Positions 1 to 9,384 of a stretch of DNA of 24,000 bases are shown in pieces. Under the pieces are notes generated by a model. It ran no database searches and was not told the origin of the DNA. It worked only from the letters and a program-made list of their open reading frames with translations. Origin of the DNA: Candidatus Woesearchaeota archaeon. Its GTDB lineage: Archaea; Nanobdellota; Nanobdellia; Woesearchaeales; UBA11576. Numbering within the stretch: position 1 is the stretch's first letter; each line of letters starts with the position of its first letter. The translations under genes were made by a program, and so were the position numbers. The stretch covers positions 162,908 through 186,907 of the forward strand of contig JABGYH010000001.1 in NCBI GenBank assembly GCA_018675335.1. Direction: 5' to 3'.

Positions 1-1
1 T

Positions 2-1381
2 GCTCCTTCAATTATTTTTATTGATGAAATAGATGCAATAGCACCAAAAAGAGAAGAAACTAAAGGCGAAGTTGAACGTCGTGTTGTAGCTCAACTTCTT
101 GCATCAATGGATGGACTACAAAGTAGAGGTAAAGTTGTGGTAATTGCAGCAACAAATATTCCAAATGCTATTGATCCTGCACTTCGTAGACCAGGAAGAT
201 TTGATCGCGAAGTTGATATAGGCGTCCCCGACAAAGACGGACGACTAGAAATTTTAAAAATTCATACAAGAAACATGCCTCTTGCAGAAAATGTTCAATT
301 AGAAAAAGTATCAGAAATAACTCACGGTTTTGTTGGTGCTGATTTATCTTCACTCGCAAAAGAATCTGCAATGATTGTTTTAAGAAAAATATTGCCAGAT
401 CTTCAATTAGAAAAAGAATCCGCAATCCCCTCTGAAATGTTAGAAAAATTAAGAATTCATCAAGAAGATTTCTTTGAAGCATTAAAAGTTGTTCATCCAA
501 GTGCGATGAGAGAAGTTTTAATTGAAAGTCCAAATATTAAATGGGACGATATTGGGGGCCTAGATAGCGTTAAACAAGAATTAAAAGAGGCAGTGGAATG
601 GCCTCTAAAAACTCCCGAAGTTTTTACAAGACTCGGAGTTAGACCTCCTCGAGGAATTTTACTTTTTGGACCTCCTGGAACGGGTAAAACCCTTCTTGCA
701 AAAGCAGTAGCTACTGAGTCTCAAGCTAATTTTATTTTAATTAATGGTCCAGAACTTCTTAGTAAATGGGTTGGAGAGTCTGAACGAGGTATTCGAAAGA
801 TTTTTGAAAAAGCTCGTCAAACAAGTCCTTCAATTATTTTCTTTGATGAAATTGATTCTATTGCGCCTAGAAGAAACGCTAGTTCCGATTCTAGAGTGAC
901 TGAAAGAGTTGTAAATCAAATGTTAACTGAAATTGATGGTTTAAAATCAATGCATAATGTAGTAGTTATTGCAGCAACAAATCGACCAGACATAATGGAC
1001 ACTGCACTTCTTCGTCCAGGAAGATTTGACCGAATAATTTTAGCCGATGTTCCAGATAAAACCGCAAGAACTGCAATTTTTAAAGTACATACTGAAAAAA
1101 TGCCTCTTGGAAAGCAAGTTAAGATTGAAAAACTTGCAGACGCAACAGATGGTTATGTGGGCGCAGATATTGAAGCAATATGTAGAGAATCAGCAATTAT
1201 TGCTTTGCGAAAAGACATCAATGCAAAAGAAGTCACTAAAAAAGATTTTGATGAAGCTATGAATAAATTCCCTCCTTCAGTAACTGCAGAAATTAAAGAT
1301 GCATATAAAAAACTTGAAGGTCATTTTAGAGAAGCTCGCGCAAAACAAATGAAAGAAGAATCTCCGACTTATTTTGGTTAA
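2..1381 (+). CDS. CDC48/VCP-like AAA+ ATPase, C-terminal part (5' end outside the window)
   Basis: The frame is open from base 2: [39 protein letters not shown], upstream of the tracked ATG at 107. A second AAA module follows with Walker A GPPGTGKT, Walker [13 protein letters not shown] and [20 protein letters not shown]. Tandem D1/D2 layout as in archaeal CDC48. Confidence 0.95.
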   Translation, partial: APSIIFIDEIDAIAPKREETKGEVERRVVAQLLASMDGLQSRGKVVVIAATNIPNAIDPALRRPGRFDREVDIGVPDKDGRLEILKIHTRNMPLAENVQLEKVSEITHGFVGADLSSLAKESAMIVLRKILPDLQLEKESAIPSEMLEKLRIHQEDFFEALKVVHPSAMREVLIESPNIKWDDIGGLDSVKQELKEAVEWPLKTPEVFTRLGVRPPRGILLFGPPGTGKTLLAKAVATESQANFILINGPELLSKWVGESERGIRKIFEKARQTSPSIIFFDEIDSIAPRRNASSDSRVTERVVNQMLTEIDGLKSMHNVVVIAATNRPDIMDTALLRPGRFDRIILADVPDKTARTAIFKVHTEKMPLGKQVKIEKLADATDGYVGADIEAICRESAIIALRKDINAKEVTKKDFDEAMNKFPPSVTAEIKDAYKKLEGHFREARAKQMKEESPTYFG

Positions 1382-1540
1382 AAATAAGATTAACTAAATA
1401 AACATTAAATTCTTTAATTTTTTATATTTAATTAAATTTTTATTAATTATCAAATTATTTATGCCTATTTTTAAATTATTAGTTTCGACTACCCAAATAT
1501 TTTTATAAGTTATTTACCTCAAATATTTTGTTGAGAAAAT

Positions 1541-2080
1541 ATGACTATAAAACAATTAGACATAGGTCCAAATGGCACAATTGATGATGCGCTCAGAGGA
1601 TATTTTAGAGACTTAGTTCAAGACGCATTTTGTTCTACACAATTCCAACCTAGCGAACATGCCGAATTTTATTTAGTTAATCTTTTAGCGTCAGCAGTAA
1701 ATGCAAAAAATATTGAAGTTGGCGCAGGACTACTAAATGGAGTTTATCGCGACGCACCTTTAGCAATTGCATATTTAGAAGGGATAAATATGGCTCCTCC
1801 AATTAAATTTTGGATGATGAAAAGCATAGGAGATTTTGCTTTGTTTCATGTCGGTTTTTTCCCTCAAAAATTTGACAAAGGAGTAGTAAAAATAGATTAT
1901 TTTGTAACAATGGGATCTAATGCATATCAAAACATTGCGCATACAAGAGGATATGTATTTGATGAACTAGCTCAAAATTTTGATCAATTATGTGAAGCAC
2001 TATGGATTGTTAGTGGCAATGATCGAAATCACAAATATGTATTGCAAGGTTTAAGAGAACCCAACCCAAAAATGCATTAA
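1541..2080 (+). CDS. hypothetical protein, 179 aa
   Basis: Intact ORF between well-defined genes on the same strand. No family recognised. Confidence 0.7.
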   Translation: MTIKQLDIGPNGTIDDALRGYFRDLVQDAFCSTQFQPSEHAEFYLVNLLASAVNAKNIEVGAGLLNGVYRDAPLAIAYLEGINMAPPIKFWMMKSIGDFALFHVGFFPQKFDKGVVKIDYFVTMGSNAYQNIAHTRGYVFDELAQNFDQLCEALWIVSGNDRNHKYVLQGLREPNPKMH

Positions 2081-2125
2081 TAAAAAAAATCAAAAAACCA
2101 ATAAAAAATCATATCTCTCGCCCAA

Positions 2126-2138
2126 AAATTTATAAACC
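2126..2138 (+). promoter_or_regulatory. putative BRE/TATA element for the NIF3-family gene
   Basis: AAAAATTTATAAACC centred about 26 nt upstream of the ATG at 2159, the spacing expected for a leaderless archaeal transcript. Confidence 0.5.
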
Positions 2139-2158
2139 AGCTTTCTCTTTTATTTACT

Positions 2159-2905
2159 ATGGCAGACTTAATTAAAATCACAGAATTCTTAGATAAAACT
2201 CTTAAAACAGATGAATTTGTAGAAGAAAATTCACATAATGGATTACAAGTTCAAAATAATCTTAACACTCCAATTAAAAAAATTGGTTTTGCTGTTGATT
2301 CGGATCTTATCACTTTTAAAAAAGCTAAAAAAGCAGGTTGTGATTTAATTATTGTTCATCATGGAATTTTTTGGAATAAAAAAGAAACTATAACTGGAAC
2401 AATTTATAAAAAAATAAAATTTCTCTTAGATAATAATATTGCATTATATGCATCACACCTTCCACTTGATAAACATATCAAATATGGTAATAATGCAAAT
2501 CTTATGAAATTACTTAACGCAAAAATTACATCTGAATTTAATGTGGGCTACATTGGAGAATTTAAAAAACCCGCAGAATTAAAAAAAATAATTAATTTAC
2601 TTAACACAAAAATTAACACAAAATGTCAAGTTATAAAAGGTAACGATAATAAAATTAAAACGTTAGCAATAATTTCAGGAGGGGCTACTTTTGAATTATT
2701 TAACGCAATAAAAGAAAAAGTTGATTTGTATATTACAGGAGAAATAAGCCACGTCATTTATCATCCCGCAAAAGAAGAAAAAATTAATTATATTTGCGCA
2801 GGACATTATGCAACTGAAACTATTGGAGTCAAATCATTAATGCCTTTATTAAAAAATAAATTTAAAATTAAAACTGAATTTATTGAAAATTCAACTAATT
2901 TATAA
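2159..2905 (+). CDS. NIF3/DUF34-family dinuclear metal-centre protein
   Basis: 248 aa. SHNGLQV near the N-terminus, DLIIVHHGIFW, LYASHLPLDKHIKYGNN and a C-terminal GHYATETIGVKSL metal-ligand region typical of NIF3-like proteins. Confidence 0.88.
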   Translation: MADLIKITEFLDKTLKTDEFVEENSHNGLQVQNNLNTPIKKIGFAVDSDLITFKKAKKAGCDLIIVHHGIFWNKKETITGTIYKKIKFLLDNNIALYASHLPLDKHIKYGNNANLMKLLNAKITSEFNVGYIGEFKKPAELKKIINLLNTKINTKCQVIKGNDNKIKTLAIISGGATFELFNAIKEKVDLYITGEISHVIYHPAKEEKINYICAGHYATETIGVKSLMPLLKNKFKIKTEFIENSTNL

Positions 2906-3011
2906 TTAAAAAGAACATAATCAATTTAACTAAACAAGTTTAACTAAATTAATATTTTAAAAAAATCATAAACAAAATAAAACATCAAAAAAAAAACTCA
3001 AGGTTAAAAAA

Positions 3012-4307
3012 ATGGCAAATTATGAACAAGGAGATATCGTAAAAGTTATTTGTAAAGATAGAACTGTTGAAGGTATTCTCATGCCTCGCCCAGACATTCT
3101 TGAAGATAATATCACCGTAATCAAATTAGAAAATGGATACAATATTGGAATTGCAAATTCTAACATAAAAACCATTGAATTAATTACAAAGTATAAACCA
3201 AAACAAATCAAACAAAAAAATATAAAACCAAATCCTAAACTCAATAATGTATCTTTATTATCAACAGGTGGAACCATTTCATCCAAAATTGATTATAGAA
3301 CTGGAGGAGTTAGTGCAGATTATACTGCCGAAGATCTTATTGATATGTGTCCAGAATTATTAGATATTGCAAACTTTAAAGCTCAAAAAGTTATGAGTGT
3401 CATGAGTGAAGATTTAAATTATAAAGATTGGCAAAAAATGGCAACTTTTGCTGCAAAAGAATTAAACAGCGAAGCAGACGGAGTAATTCTAACTCAAGGA
3501 ACAGACACATTGCATTTTTCTACTGCAGCACTTTCATTTATGTTGCCAAAACTTAACAAACCAATAGTATTCACAGCATCCCAAAGAAGTATTGATAGAG
3601 GCTCAAGTGATGCATACATGAATCTTATATGTTCAACAATTGCTGCAAGTAATTTTTCGGGTGCAGAAGTTGTTTCTTGTTTACATGGAACTAGTAGTGA
3701 TGATTATTGCATCCTTAATCGAGGAACTAAAGTAAGAAAAATGCATACTTCACGAAGAGATGCATTTAGACCAATAAATGATATTCCTTTTGCAAAAGTT
3801 TGGCCAAATAAAAAAATCGAAATAACTAATAATACATTTAGATCCAGATCAGATTTTGAAGTCGTGCCAGATACAAAATTTGAACCTAAAGTAGCACTCA
3901 TTCAAGTTTATCCTGGAATGGATAGAGACATTATTGATTTTTACATAGATAAAGGTTACAAAGGACTTGTTCTAAGCGCAACTGCACTAGGCCACATTCC
4001 TACAGTAAACAAAGAATTATCATTAATACCTAAACTTGAACGTGCACGCCAAGAAGGAATTCCAGTAGTTATTGCATCACAAACATTATACGGTCGAACA
4101 CACCCATTTGTTTATACTAATCTTAGAAAATTATCTATGCAATTAAATTGTATTTTTGTAGAAGATATGATTCCTGAAACTGCTTATGTTAAATTAAGTT
4201 GGGTTTTAGGACACACAAAAGAAATAGCAGAAATTAAAAAACAAATGTTAACTAATGTTTCTGGAGAAATTAATCCAATTATAGATGAGAGAAGTTACCT
4301 TAATTAA
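3012..4307 (+). CDS. gatD: glutamyl-tRNA(Gln) amidotransferase subunit D
   Basis: Asparaginase-like motifs LLSTGGTISSKIDYRTGG, GVILTQGTDTLHFSTAALSF and ASQTLYGRTHPFVY, an N-terminal GatD-type small domain, and adjacent gatE. Confidence 0.95.
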   Translation: MANYEQGDIVKVICKDRTVEGILMPRPDILEDNITVIKLENGYNIGIANSNIKTIELITKYKPKQIKQKNIKPNPKLNNVSLLSTGGTISSKIDYRTGGVSADYTAEDLIDMCPELLDIANFKAQKVMSVMSEDLNYKDWQKMATFAAKELNSEADGVILTQGTDTLHFSTAALSFMLPKLNKPIVFTASQRSIDRGSSDAYMNLICSTIAASNFSGAEVVSCLHGTSSDDYCILNRGTKVRKMHTSRRDAFRPINDIPFAKVWPNKKIEITNNTFRSRSDFEVVPDTKFEPKVALIQVYPGMDRDIIDFYIDKGYKGLVLSATALGHIPTVNKELSLIPKLERARQEGIPVVIASQTLYGRTHPFVYTNLRKLSMQLNCIFVEDMIPETAYVKLSWVLGHTKEIAEIKKQMLTNVSGEINPIIDERSYLN

Positions 4308-4328
4308 AAATATTGAGATTTGATAAAA

Positions 4329-6230
4329 ATGAAACCAAAATCAGAAAAAAACGACAATAAAGTTAAAGAAGATAACCTGCCCGATCTAGATTACAAAAAG
4401 TTAGGATTAAAATGTGGCATTGAGATTCATCAAAGATTAAAAACTAATAAACTATTTTGTAATTGTCCTTCAATTCTTAGAGATGATACTCCTGATATCA
4501 TAATCACTAGAAAATTACGAGCAGTTGCAGGTGAAACTGGTGAAATTGATATTGCAGCAAGACACGAACTTGAAAAAGACATTTATTTTATTTATGAAGC
4601 ATATTCTGATACTACTTGCCTGGTCGAACTTGACGAAGAACCACCTCATTTAATGAATAAAAATGCACTCGATATTGTTTTACAAGTGAGTTTAATGCTT
4701 GATGCAAAAATTGTAGATGAAGTTCAAATCATGAGAAAAACTGTTGTTAATGGGTCTAATACTTCAGGATTTCAACGCACAGCTCTTGTTGCAGAACAGG
4801 GAAATTTAAAAACTTCCGAAGGAGATGTTTCAGTTTCAGTTATTTGTTTAGAAGAAGAAGCAGCAAAAGATGTAGAAAAAGGCGTTGATAAAAATGGCAA
4901 ACGATTTGCTAAATATAGACTTGATAGATTAGGGATTCCTTTAATTGAAGTTTGCACAGGACCCGACATCAAAACCCCTGAACAATGTTTAGAAGCCGCA
5001 GCAAAAATTGGCATGATTTTAAGATCAACTGGAAAAGTTGCTCGCGGAATAGGAACCATAAGACAAGATGTTAATGTTTCGATTAAAGGTGGTGAAAGAA
5101 TAGAAGTTAAAGGTGCTCAAGATCTTAAAATGATTCCGACCATGATCAAAAATGAAACACTTAGACAAATTGCACTTTTAGAAATTAAAGATCAACTTAA
5201 AAGTCTTAAAGACGAAACTATTAAAGATACTATTTTCGATCTTTCAAAAATATTCAAAAATTGTGAATCTAAAGTTGTTCAATCTGCTTTAAAAAAAGGA
5301 GTTGTTTTTGGAATTAAACTACCTAAATTTAATGGATTAATTGGTAAAGAAATTTGCCCCACTAGACGATTAGGAACTGAATTTTCAGATTATGCCAAAG
5401 TAAAAGCAGGAGTTGGAGGAATTTTTCATTCAGATGAACTTCCAAAATATGGTATTTCTCCTGAAGAAGTTGAATCTGTTAAAACTGAATTAAACTGTGC
5501 AAAAGATGATGCATTTGTTTTAGTTGCGGATTCAAAAATTAAATCAGAGAAAGCATTAAACGAAGTTCTTAGACGAGCAAAACTTTGTAAAAACGGAGTG
5601 TTAAAAGAAGTTAGAAAAGCAAATCCTGATGGGACTACTTCATTTATGAGACCAATTCCTGGCGCTGCTAGAATGTATCCCGAAACAGATACGCTCCCAA
5701 TTAAAACAGATTCTGAACTTAAAAATATTCAATTACCTGAATTAATTGAAGATAAAGCAGAAAGATTTCAGACAATGTTTGGTTTAAGTAAAGATTTAGC
5801 AGAAGTTCTTGCTAAAAGTGAGTTAAGTTTTGCATTTGATAAATTTGTAGACAAATTTAAAAATATTAAAACTGCATTTATTGCTGAAACTCTTATTTCA
5901 ACTCCTAGAAATATTAAAAGAAAATTAAATATTGAAACTGATCATCTTGATGAACTTATTTTCGAAGAACTTTTCTTTTTACTCAATAAAAATGAGATTT
6001 CAAAAGATTCAATTGAAGATATTTTAATTAAATTTGCTAAAAAAGAAGAAGTAAATTTTAAAGATTACAAACCAATGTCTGATAAAGATATTTCAAATGA
6101 AATAAAAAAAATAATTCAAGAAAATAAAAATGTTGAGTTCAAACAGCTAATTCCCAAAGTTATGGCTCAACTAAAAGGCAAGGCAGAAGGTAAAAAAATC
6201 ATGGAACTTCTTCAAAAAGAATCCAAATAA
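4329..6230 (+). CDS. gatE: glutamyl-tRNA(Gln) amidotransferase subunit E
   Basis: GIEIHQRLKTNKLFCNCPS, RKLRAVAGETGEIDIAA, GVGGIFHSDELPKYGI. The tracked start at 4320 is TTG; the in-frame ATG at 4329 looks more likely. Confidence 0.95.
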   Translation: MKPKSEKNDNKVKEDNLPDLDYKKLGLKCGIEIHQRLKTNKLFCNCPSILRDDTPDIIITRKLRAVAGETGEIDIAARHELEKDIYFIYEAYSDTTCLVELDEEPPHLMNKNALDIVLQVSLMLDAKIVDEVQIMRKTVVNGSNTSGFQRTALVAEQGNLKTSEGDVSVSVICLEEEAAKDVEKGVDKNGKRFAKYRLDRLGIPLIEVCTGPDIKTPEQCLEAAAKIGMILRSTGKVARGIGTIRQDVNVSIKGGERIEVKGAQDLKMIPTMIKNETLRQIALLEIKDQLKSLKDETIKDTIFDLSKIFKNCESKVVQSALKKGVVFGIKLPKFNGLIGKEICPTRRLGTEFSDYAKVKAGVGGIFHSDELPKYGISPEEVESVKTELNCAKDDAFVLVADSKIKSEKALNEVLRRAKLCKNGVLKEVRKANPDGTTSFMRPIPGAARMYPETDTLPIKTDSELKNIQLPELIEDKAERFQTMFGLSKDLAEVLAKSELSFAFDKFVDKFKNIKTAFIAETLISTPRNIKRKLNIETDHLDELIFEELFFLLNKNEISKDSIEDILIKFAKKEEVNFKDYKPMSDKDISNEIKKIIQENKNVEFKQLIPKVMAQLKGKAEGKKIMELLQKESK

Positions 6231-6330
6231 ACACTTTTAACTTACTTTTTAATACAACAAACTCATTTAAAATAGAAAACTATAAAAACCACATTTAATT
6301 AAAATAATAAAACGGGTGTTAATACATAAA

Positions 6331-7596
6331 ATGAGTTTACAAATTCAAATTGTTTCACTAGCAATATTATTATTTTTCTCAGGACTGTTTTCAGGTATTG
6401 AAACAGCATTTTTTTCACTTTCTAATCTTAAACTCAGAAGTTTGTTAAAGAAAAAAAAGAAAGGAGCAGATGTTGCATATAAACTTAAACAAAATCCTAA
6501 ACGTTTAATTATTACAATTCTTATTGGAAATAATGTAGTAAATATTGGTGCGGCATCTTTAGCAACAATTATTGCAATTGATCTTTTTGGTTCAAGTGGC
6601 GCAGGTATTGCAACAGGAGTTATGACTTTTCTTGTTTTAATTTTTGGAGAAATTACTCCTAAATCAATCGCAAATACTTATTGTGAAAAAATTACTTTAT
6701 TAGTTGCAAGACCACTTCAAATTTTTATGTATTCAATTTTTCCATTAATTTTATTGTTTGAAGCAATAACTGAAATTATGTATAGTATTTTTAAAATCAG
6801 CAATAAACAACCAGTTTTAACAGAAGAAGAATTCAAAACTTTAGTTGAAATTGGCGCAGAAGAAAAAGTTCTTAAAATTAAAGAAAAAGAACTTATCGAG
6901 GGAGTTTTAGAATTTAGTGATATTACTGCAAAAGAAGTTATGACTCCTAGAACAAAAACTTATGCATTAGATGGAAATATGTCTCCTGGAAAAGCACTTA
7001 AATTAATTGCTAAAAGTCCTTTTTCTAGAGTTCCAGTTTATGAAGATTCAGTTGATAACATATTAGGAGTAATACACATCAAAGATGTTCTTCGAGAACT
7101 ACATCGTAAAGGTGCTAGTGTTCGAAAAATTAAAAAAATTGTTAAAAAACCTTATTTTGTTCCAGAAACAAAAATAATTAGTGAATTATTTAAAGAATTT
7201 CAAGAGAAAAAAGTCCATATTGCTTTTGTTGTTGATGAATATGGGGGAATTTCAGGAATTGTTACATTAGAAGATTTATTAGAAGAAATTGTGGGAGAAA
7301 TCATTGATGAAACAGATATTAATCCGGATTTAATAATGCGTATTGATCATAATACGATTGTTGCTCACGGAGAAACTGAAATTTATCATATTAATGAGTT
7401 TTTAGGACCTTGCCTTGCAGAAGATACTCCTTCAGTTACAATTAGTGGCTTGATATTAGAAAAACTAAAACAGTTCCCAAAAAAGAATGCTAAAATAAAT
7501 CTTGAAAAAGCAATTTTAAAAATTGAAGAAGTTAGCGATAATCATATTCTTAAAGTTAGAATCACTAAGAAAAAACCCGAATCATTAAAAAAATAA
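6331..7596 (+). CDS. CNNM/CorC (hemolysin)-family CBS-domain membrane protein
   Basis: Hydrophobic N-terminal helices with [23 protein letters not shown] and [14 protein letters not shown] region [12 protein letters not shown]...[26 protein letters not shown] and [25 protein letters not shown]. The tracked start at 6316 is GTG; the ATG at 6331 follows it in frame. Confidence 0.92.
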   Translation: MSLQIQIVSLAILLFFSGLFSGIETAFFSLSNLKLRSLLKKKKKGADVAYKLKQNPKRLIITILIGNNVVNIGAASLATIIAIDLFGSSGAGIATGVMTFLVLIFGEITPKSIANTYCEKITLLVARPLQIFMYSIFPLILLFEAITEIMYSIFKISNKQPVLTEEEFKTLVEIGAEEKVLKIKEKELIEGVLEFSDITAKEVMTPRTKTYALDGNMSPGKALKLIAKSPFSRVPVYEDSVDNILGVIHIKDVLRELHRKGASVRKIKKIVKKPYFVPETKIISELFKEFQEKKVHIAFVVDEYGGISGIVTLEDLLEEIVGEIIDETDINPDLIMRIDHNTIVAHGETEIYHINEFLGPCLAEDTPSVTISGLILEKLKQFPKKNAKINLEKAILKIEEVSDNHILKVRITKKKPESLKK

Positions 7597-7675
7597 ATTT
7601 TCTAAATTGGTTTATCATACCTCAATTTCAAAAGATTAAGTTACTAACTAAAAATAATGAACGAGCCTGGAGGGA

Positions 7676-7718
7676 CTTTCGCCAAACTTTCCGTGTTCAA
7701 ATAAATGGAAAAGATTGT
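7676..7718 (-). other. putative T-loop (59/60) intron of tRNA-Arg(CCU), 43 nt
   Basis: Strict-looking BHB: outer helix GAGGG/CCCTC, central helix TTCG/CGAA, 3-nt bulges AAA and AGT, then internal hairpin CAATCTTTTCC/GGAAAGTTTG. Cutting after the second bulge base restores TTCGAAT. Confidence 0.85.
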
Positions 7719-7740
7719 TTCGAACCCTCGGTCTTCTGCT

Positions 7741-7780
7741 TTCACCAAAAATTGAAATCAAATTAATTTTTAATAATTCT
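7741..7780 (-). other. putative anticodon-loop (37/38) intron of tRNA-Arg(CCU), 40 nt
   Basis: Lies between TCTGC-CTCCTA and A-GCAGA. A relaxed central helix CTCC/GGTG with one mismatch is flanked by TAA and AAA bulges. Confidence 0.82.
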
Positions 7781-7799
7781 TAGGAGGCAGATGCCCTAT

Positions 7800-7858
7800 T
7801 TACCCGAAATTTAAAAAACTTCACAGCCTACAATTCTCAACGTAAATTTAAGATATTC
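7800..7858 (-). other. putative D-loop intron of tRNA-Arg(CCU), about 58-60 nt
   Basis: Separates GCCTAGCCTGGT from (A)TAGGGC. Possible bulge-helix-bulge central helix CCTG/CGGG, and an intron-internal helix AAATTTA/TAAATTT. Boundaries are uncertain by 1-2 nt. Confidence 0.7.
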
Positions 7859-7940
7859 ACCAGGCTAGGCTACAGGCTCATCTCGTTCATTCAATTATAC
7901 AATCCAGGTAGTTTAAATTATTTACTGTCTTTCCCAACAC

Positions 7941-7950
7941 ATTTATAAAT
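7941..7950. promoter_or_regulatory. palindromic TATA element between tRNA-Arg (-) and the 7987 ORF (+)
   Basis: ATTTATAAAT is its own reverse complement. It sits about 40 nt from the + ORF start and about 65 nt from the tRNA 5' end on the minus strand. Confidence 0.4.
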
Positions 7951-7986
7951 AATAATTAATTAATACTTTAAAAAGAGGGCATATAA

Positions 7987-9276
7987 ATGAAAAAGAGGTT
8001 AAAAGAATCTATTTTTGTTAGTATTCTAATTTATGTTGTTTTATTTGTATACCTAACTTCAGTTTCAGAATCATTACCAATTCATGTTCTTGTTGGAACT
8101 TGCCCAATCTTACTTCAAATAGCAACAATAGTTCTTGTTTCAGGAAACCGTCTTGATACTAAACTTGTTTGGTACTCGCCAATCATTTTTTTAGGATTAT
8201 TCTTATTTTTATGGGAAGGAAGCGCAGGAGGATACTTAGCGAAAATTTCAGGTCCTCAAATCAGCATATTAAATTTATTTATGTCATATCTTATAACTTT
8301 AATAATTTATTTTATTGCATTAAAATATTTGCCAAAACCCAAAAACACAAAACATATTCCCTCAACCACCGACCATCCAGAAAAAATTGACAAAGTAGAA
8401 TATGAAAAATTATTAGATAAATATGTTCACCTTTACAAAAATAATGAAAAAAGGATTTGGCAATTAAATAATGAATTAAATTCATTAACTGCAAAAAAAG
8501 ATGGCGACATTCATCAAATTGCACAGTATTATGAACACCAATTAAAAACTCATGCAACTGATGTAACACGTTTAAAACATGAAATGAATGAGAAGAATAA
8601 AATTAGTGAAACAGAATATGAGTCATTATCTGAAAAATATAAGAAAAAACAAAATGATAATCATGCTAGAATTTTAGAATTAACAGAAATGATCAATAAT
8701 GTTCGTCAGAAAAATTGGAAAAGATATATTAATTTACAAGAAAAATATTTGCAAGAAAAACAAATAAATTCTAAAGAGGTTAATAAATTAAATAAACATC
8801 TAAAAACTGTTAGGGAACAACTTGAAATTACTACAACTAATTTTTCCACAAGTCTTAGAAGTATTGAAGATAAATGTAAAGCAATTAATTCAGTAATTGG
8901 CAGAGTTTATTCTGACAGAAAAGGTGGAAGTAAAGAATTAAGAGAATTTTTAGCAATTGAGCGAGATTCATATAATGAGTTTTCAGAAATAACTAAAAGT
9001 TTTTCAGAAGATAATGTTCCAGATTTATTAAAAGTTTTATATGAAATTAGAAGTAAATTAAAAACAATGTATAAAAAAGAAAAACAAGTACTTGATAAAA
9101 TACCACTAAAAACAAAAATTAAAGTTAAGCGAGATAAAAAAGGCGAAGATCCAATCCTTTTAGTTCTAGCAAACAACGATAAAGATCCAATTCTTTATTA
9201 TTATGAAGAAGCAAGTGAGATCACATCTAAACTCATTAAATACCTTCATGAAAACTATTATCAAGGCAAAATATAA
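7987..9276 (+). CDS. hypothetical membrane protein with long coiled-coil region
   Basis: 429 aa. Several hydrophobic helices occupy the first ~115 aa, followed by a Lys/Glu/Gln/Asn-rich heptad-like stretch. Confidence 0.75.
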   Translation: MKKRLKESIFVSILIYVVLFVYLTSVSESLPIHVLVGTCPILLQIATIVLVSGNRLDTKLVWYSPIIFLGLFLFLWEGSAGGYLAKISGPQISILNLFMSYLITLIIYFIALKYLPKPKNTKHIPSTTDHPEKIDKVEYEKLLDKYVHLYKNNEKRIWQLNNELNSLTAKKDGDIHQIAQYYEHQLKTHATDVTRLKHEMNEKNKISETEYESLSEKYKKKQNDNHARILELTEMINNVRQKNWKRYINLQEKYLQEKQINSKEVNKLNKHLKTVREQLEITTTNFSTSLRSIEDKCKAINSVIGRVYSDRKGGSKELREFLAIERDSYNEFSEITKSFSEDNVPDLLKVLYEIRSKLKTMYKKEKQVLDKIPLKTKIKVKRDKKGEDPILLVLANNDKDPILYYYEEASEITSKLIKYLHENYYQGKI

Positions 9277-9384
9277 AGAATCACACTACAACTATTTAAA
9301 ATAACTAATTAGTTAAATCAAAGACAAGTTTAAAAACATATTCTAACCAAAAACTTTAAAACCCATACTTATTTCTTAATTAAT

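Larger units (their letters stand above)
7662..7879 (-). tRNA. tRNA-Arg(CCU) precursor with three putative introns, 218 nt unspliced
   Basis: Hand-folded minus-strand sequence. Acceptor GAGCCTG (7879-7873) pairs with CAGGCTC (7669-7663), discriminator G. D-stem GCCT/GGGC, anticodon arm TCTGC-CTCCTA|A-GCAGA, variable AGACC, T-arm GAGGG-TTCGAAT-CCCTC. Removing introns at about 7858-7800, 7780-7741 and 7718-7676 gives a canonical cloverleaf of about 76 nt with anticodon CCT. Confidence 0.88.

Noticed and set aside
1047-1262. 71-aa plus-strand ORF inside the AAA ATPase
   Set aside because: Shadow frame of a strongly supported coding sequence. The same applies to the small ORFs at 168-533, 3020-3286, 3704-3901, 4772-5059, 8169-8390, 8312-8569, 8907-9176, 10002-10187, 10191-10421, 11750-11938, 13269-13457, 13449-13637, 18135-18317 and 19425-19670.
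7600-7900. Considered a structured ncRNA (SRP or RNase P RNA) in the gap
   Set aside because: The conserved elements all resolve into one minus-strand tRNA cloverleaf with insertions; no SRP or RNase P signature seen.
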